Part shown: one piece after another, positions 60,053-64,000 of the stretch
How the letters are laid out: every line of letters begins with the position of its first letter
Position numbering within the stretch: the first letter of the stretch is position 1
Source of the DNA: Thermoplasmatales archaeon
Lineage (GTDB): Archaea; Thermoplasmatota; E2; DHVEG-1
Assembly (NCBI GenBank): GCA_020341795.1
Contig: CP070836.1
Span: forward strand, 1,682,157 to 1,746,156
Direction of reading: 5' to 3'
DNA: 64,000 nucleotides
The notes under the pieces: generated by a model
The model's database searches: none
What the model was told of the DNA's origin: nothing
Seen by the model: only the letters and a program-made list of their open reading frames with translations
Translations under genes and position numbers: made by a program

Positions 60053-61948
60053 CTAATTTTTGTAATTCTTTTTAATCAAAATTATTAAAAGAATTAAAAT
60101 AATTACAAATACAATAATTATTAGATTTATATTTTCAAATTTGCCATTTAATTCTTCTTTGTTTTTACTTATAGGGGATTTTCCTTGCATTATAAGTTCA
60201 CAGTCTTTATATGTTTTTATTAGAGTTTCAAATCCATTTGAATATTTTTCCTGATTTATTTGTTGTACTCCTTGCTCAAATTCTTCCATTAAAAATGATG
60301 TATTTTTCCCGATTAAAGCTATTATGTCTATTTTTGTTTTACAAATGTCAAGTCCAATCTCTGCGATTTTAATATAAACTATTTTATCAATATCTTTTTC
60401 TTTAAGTTTTGAAAAAGATAATTTCATTTGTTCAAGAGATTTTGAATAATTTGTTTCCCATATTTCTTGGATTATGTTTTGGATTTCCTCTTTGTTTGAA
60501 TTCTTATTTGCAATTAACCATAATTCCTCTGTATAGTATGCCTGTCTTTGCATCCCCATATCAACTGCTGTTAATATATCTGACACATACTTATTTTTAT
60601 TAATTAGATCAATCGCAAGGTTCTCAATATTATCTATTTCTTTGATAAAAACTCCTTCTACTTTTGTGAAATTTTCAGACAGTCCCCCCGGACCATATTC
60701 ATATAATAATTCTAAACATAAATTTGCTGCTTCTGGAGTAGTATATGTATCTTCAATGTCTTTATTGCAGATATGAAAAGGAACATATATTGATGAACAA
60801 GCATGATTTGGTGAATACCATCCCATACTTAATATATCATAATTTTTTTCGGGAACTTTGTAGATTGCTACCGTTTCAAATGTTACAACTTTTTGACACA
60901 TTCCTCTAAGTCCATCAAGATCTCCCTTGTGAAGACGGGACCATTTAATCATATCCTCAATATTAATCGATCCAATACTAGGTTTTATTATCTCCATTAT
61001 TTTGTTTTCCCATGCTTTAAAAATATAACATACTTTTAGAGTTGCTTTGTTGTTATCCATATCTAATAATTCAACTGAGAAATCTCCAACTTTTTTTCTT
61101 TCACCAAGTCTTATTTCAACTTTATCATCCATCAAAATTATTTCCTTATTATATGTTTTAAAAAACGGAACTTGTTTTGCAATTATACTTTCTGACTTAA
61201 TATCAAGAACTCTAATACCTCTTATAGAATTTAATCTAATTGTTCCTCCTTTTCTAATTGTTTTTTCTTTTGTAAAATCAAAACTTGGTGCAATTGTCCT
61301 CAGGTTATGTAGTTGTGTTTTCCAAAGTTCTTTTGGGTAGTTAGAATAAGCTGCAACGTCATCAGTTATTTCTTTTATATCATAACGAAAAGCATCTGCT
61401 TCAATGACAAAACCTGTTTTCGGACCTATTATAAAGAGATTTTCTGAAACACCTGTTGCATGCATTTCATCAACAAGATCTTTTGTTAATAATGATATTG
61501 CTTCATCTTCATTGTCTGCTTTTTCACATGCATATCTTATCCAATCAAAATCATCCCATGCATATTTAGTTGGATTCTTCCATCCTGAATTTGTATCAGC
61601 ATCACCAAAAGCTAAACCTGCTTCAGTTAGAGTCATACCGGCTTTTACAATATTAGGAATAATATCGTTTTCAGAAGCAACACCAATATATTTTTTCTCT
61701 GTTGTAAAAGTCATGGATTTACCAGTCCAAGGGTGATGATAAGTATATTGATATCCTTCTGGAACAATGCATAAAACCTGCAGTCCAGGTCTACTAGGAT
61801 CCCTTATTTTCATTAAGAGATTGAAATCACCAGCTGTAGCATCTCCTGTAGCAATAATATCTTTACATCCTAAAACTGAATTAGAAAAAAATAAACATAA
61901 TACAATTAATATCAAGAATAGAATATTGATAATTTTTAATCTATTCAT
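60053..61948 (-). CDS. Exported Ntn-hydrolase-type peptidase (C69/C45-like) with a C-terminal helical region and TM anchor
   Basis: The signal peptide ends ...SNSVLGC, followed by KDIIATGDATAGDFNLLMKIRD. This resembles the N-terminal nucleophile Cys and following strand of C69-type dipeptidases, although VLGC is also lipobox-like. The C-terminal TM segment is LIIIVFVIILILLIILI. Confidence 0.5.
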   Translation of the reverse strand: MNRLKIINILFLILIVLCLFFSNSVLGCKDIIATGDATAGDFNLLMKIRDPSRPGLQVLCIVPEGYQYTYHHPWTGKSMTFTTEKKYIGVASENDIIPNIVKAGMTLTEAGLAFGDADTNSGWKNPTKYAWDDFDWIRYACEKADNEDEAISLLTKDLVDEMHATGVSENLFIIGPKTGFVIEADAFRYDIKEITDDVAAYSNYPKELWKTQLHNLRTIAPSFDFTKEKTIRKGGTIRLNSIRGIRVLDIKSESIIAKQVPFFKTYNKEIILMDDKVEIRLGERKKVGDFSVELLDMDNNKATLKVCYIFKAWENKIMEIIKPSIGSINIEDMIKWSRLHKGDLDGLRGMCQKVVTFETVAIYKVPEKNYDILSMGWYSPNHACSSIYVPFHICNKDIEDTYTTPEAANLCLELLYEYGPGGLSENFTKVEGVFIKEIDNIENLAIDLINKNKYVSDILTAVDMGMQRQAYYTEELWLIANKNSNKEEIQNIIQEIWETNYSKSLEQMKLSFSKLKEKDIDKIVYIKIAEIGLDICKTKIDIIALIGKNTSFLMEEFEQGVQQINQEKYSNGFETLIKTYKDCELIMQGKSPISKNKEELNGKFENINLIIIVFVIILILLIILIKKNYKN

Positions 61949-62007
61949 AATTCTCTAAACATTAATAATGATATAATTATATAAAAAATTATTTGAAAAG
62001 ATAGATA

Positions 62008-62826
62008 TTACTTTTTAGAAGTTTTTTTCTTTGCTATTGTCTTTTTTTTAGTTGCTGTTTTTTTTGTTGTAGTTTTTTTTGCAAGAACTTTTTTAGTAGT
62101 AGTTTTTTTCGGAGTGGATTTTTTTACGGTGCTCTTTTGTTTTTCTGTTTTTTCTTCTTTTTTCTCTACTTTTTTTGGTTCTTCTGGTTTTTTTTCTTTT
62201 TTCTCAGGTTTTTTCTCTTCTATTATAATAGTTGGTTGTGATATTACTTCTGTTTTGTATATTTCTATTCTTTTAACCGGATATAGTTTCTTGCAGTTTT
62301 TATAGATATCACTTCCCATTTTTCCTTCAATAATACTTTGAATAAATTCATACATGGTGTTTGTTTTTGCTTGGTCTTCAAGTGTTTTTTTCATAGATTC
62401 ACGAATAACTCTTTTTTGTGAGTTTTGAATACGTTTCTCTGTTGTGGCAAATGGTTTTATTCTTAAAAAAGCTCCGTCTTTTGTTGTAACATCATACACT
62501 CCTTCTACTTTTGATCTTCGTCTTCTAATCATTCTACGAAGGTAATCTGATGTTAGAGTATGACCTGCAAATTGCGTGTGTGCATTGTTATCCTCAATTT
62601 TATGGATTTTAAAATAAAGTATAATATGTGATTTTCTGAAATCATTTGTTAAATCTTGTAAGGATACACCTGTTACACGGTTAATTAAGGTATCTGGATT
62701 ATCTGAAAGTGTATCTGCAACTGTTACATTGTCAAATGAGGCTGGTGCTAGTATGTTGTACCAGTTTTTTGCTTTCCATCTGTCTTTAATTTTTCTTGCG
62801 GTTGTTCTTGATCTTGCTTTTGCCAT
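62008..62826 (-). CDS. rps3ae: Ribosomal protein eS1 (S3Ae) with a long Lys-rich C-terminal extension
   Basis: The N-terminus is ARKIKDRWKAKNWYNILAPASF. The eS1 core is followed by about 70 aa of Lys/Glu/Thr-rich sequence with repeated KKTTTKK motifs. Confidence 0.9.
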   Translation of the reverse strand: MAKARSRTTARKIKDRWKAKNWYNILAPASFDNVTVADTLSDNPDTLINRVTGVSLQDLTNDFRKSHIILYFKIHKIEDNNAHTQFAGHTLTSDYLRRMIRRRRSKVEGVYDVTTKDGAFLRIKPFATTEKRIQNSQKRVIRESMKKTLEDQAKTNTMYEFIQSIIEGKMGSDIYKNCKKLYPVKRIEIYKTEVISQPTIIIEEKKPEKKEKKPEEPKKVEKKEEKTEKQKSTVKKSTPKKTTTKKVLAKKTTTKKTATKKKTIAKKKTSKK

Positions 62827-62932
62827 AATTATCCCTATTAATATTATAACTAATTATTAAGTTGGTTTTCCAGGTAATATTCTCCTTATACTTAAAATTA
62901 TGCTGCAAATAATTTTCAAAAATTTTTATTAG

Positions 62933-63706
62933 TTAGAATGCTGAAGATACTTTGATATTTTTTTGAGTGCAGATTTTTTCTATTTCTTTATATATTTTAG
63001 GATAATCAAATTCATCATAATTTAATATTTTCCAGTTTGGAGCTTTATTAATTATGTTGTTCATAATACCTGGTTTCTTATTCAACTTATCATACATTAT
63101 CTCAGATGCGCCATAATTAGTGAATGTATCAATAATCTCATTTAAATTTTCAATTTTTATTGTTGGATAAATTGGTCCAAAGAAAACAGAAGTATTTATC
63201 CCATTTTTTGAAAATTGTTTTATTATCTCTAATCTATCATTAATTGATGATGTATATGGTTCTATTATTTTCCTTTCATCGTCATTTAAGGTTCCAATAC
63301 TTATCATAATGTCTGCATTAGTAAATTTTGAAATCATATCAAGATCTCTTAGTATTAATTTAGATTTAGTTTGAATACTGACTTGGAAATCATATTTTAA
63401 TAGTTGTTCAAGACAATATCTTGTAAGATTGTATTTTTTTTCAATTGGTTGATAAGGATCGGTAACAGTTGATATGGCTACAATACCTGGTTTTTTATTT
63501 CTTAGTTCTTTTGATAAAACATTTGGTATGTTTGTTTTAATATTTACAAAGCTCCCCCATTCTTCTCTTTTTATCCTTAAAACATTTGGAACGTAACAGT
63601 ATGCACAATTATGTTGACAACCTCTATAAGGATTTAGGCTATAAGTAAGTCCAGGTAGATTGGATTTCGAAAGTGCAGTTTTACAGGTTACTTCTTTAAT
63701 TTTCAT
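62933..63706 (-). CDS. Radical SAM protein, SplB/COG1533 (DNA repair photolyase-like) type
   Basis: The matching segment is LNPYRGCQHNCAYCYVP, containing CxxxCxxC. Size and layout are typical of the COG1533 family. Confidence 0.7.
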   Translation of the reverse strand: MKIKEVTCKTALSKSNLPGLTYSLNPYRGCQHNCAYCYVPNVLRIKREEWGSFVNIKTNIPNVLSKELRNKKPGIVAISTVTDPYQPIEKKYNLTRYCLEQLLKYDFQVSIQTKSKLILRDLDMISKFTNADIMISIGTLNDDERKIIEPYTSSINDRLEIIKQFSKNGINTSVFFGPIYPTIKIENLNEIIDTFTNYGASEIMYDKLNKKPGIMNNIINKAPNWKILNYDEFDYPKIYKEIEKICTQKNIKVSSAF

Positions 63707-64000
63707 TTTTGGAAATCCTCAAGCCTTTTTTGATAAAGTTGGCTTTTTAAAACAGCACTATTTTTTATCCATCTTTGAAGTGGTATATCCATTTTATTAG
63801 AAATAAAAATTAAAGCTTGGTCTAGGGTTTCAAATTTCATATATGGCTCTTTTAATGCTTTTCTTACACTTTCTCTGACATTCCATACACCTATTGGCAA
63901 AATATATCCAGGGTGTGCTTCTCTAAATATTACAACTCCTGATTGTCTTCTTTCTTTGTTTAATATTTCATTTACTGCGAGACGAGCTGCATAATAGCAT
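63703..64000 (-). CDS. C-terminal part of an Nre-like (DUF650/DUF651) protein; 5' end is outside the window
   Basis: The frame is open to the window edge: ..CYYAARLAVNEILNKERRQSGVVIFREAHPGYILPIGVWNVRESVRKAL...KSQLYQKRLEDFQK*. The track's 65-aa ORF is only its tail. The C-terminus QKRLEDF resembles a PIP box (QxxLxxF). The stop overlaps the start of the radical SAM gene. Confidence 0.45.
   Translation of the reverse strand, partial: CYYAARLAVNEILNKERRQSGVVIFREAHPGYILPIGVWNVRESVRKALKEPYMKFETLDQALIFISNKMDIPLQRWIKNSAVLKSQLYQKRLEDFQK

Noticed and set aside
60053-61948. Reading the VLGC at the signal-peptide end as proof of a lipoprotein
   Set aside because: The Cys immediately precedes a strand resembling the N-terminal nucleophile region of C69/Ntn hydrolases, so it may be the catalytic residue exposed by cleavage rather than a lipidation site. 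This cannot be decided from sequence alone.

Overview
The window is a visibly AT-rich archaeal chromosome segment. Archaeal hallmarks are the primase large subunit PriL, pelota, prefoldin beta, ribosomal proteins eS1 and eS17, archaeal-type riboflavin synthase with RibL, an A1:U72 initiator tRNA, and Mre11/Rad50. Coding density is high, many neighbouring genes overlap by 4 nt, and no CRISPR array, transposase or integrase is visible. Housekeeping content includes tmk-priL, NFACT(Rqc2-like)-pelota, purM, purS-purL, gyrB-gyrA, uppS, a ribB-ribL-ribC-ribH operon, an Endonuclease Q-like gene, a CoADR/Nox-like-mre11-rad50 operon, and three tRNAs (Met-CAT, initiator Met, Leu-TAG). Interleaved with these are six predicted exported peptidases from the papain C1, M14, clan CD, gingipain C25 (two copies) and Ntn/C69-like families. 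This suggests an extracellular protein-degrading lifestyle; resemblance to sediment Thermoplasmatota-type archaea is only a guess. The most unusual region is 3.9-13.0 kb, a one-strand cluster of seven exported or membrane-anchored proteins plus a small ribbon-helix-helix (RHH) regulator with three palindromic operators. The cluster is organised as two cassettes: a giant modular exoprotein with a shared Asp-rich repeat/stalk/TM module, followed by a paralogous Ig-like anchored protein. It also holds a small beta-rich secreted protein whose fold appears to recur at the C-terminus of a 744-aa exoprotein. I propose this cluster as a candidate undescribed surface-fibre or adhesion system. It may be bounded by an imperfect repeat of the tRNA-Met 3' end. 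Other second-look items are genes lacking canonical starts (rps17e, a GGR-like oxidoreductase), a G-quadruplex motif, a long GC-rich hairpin, a GTPase/DUF2073/Zn-ribbon operon, a Vps62-like membrane fusion, and a radical-SAM/Nre-like pair. All family assignments come from motif recognition by eye. No database search, HMM or folding was run.
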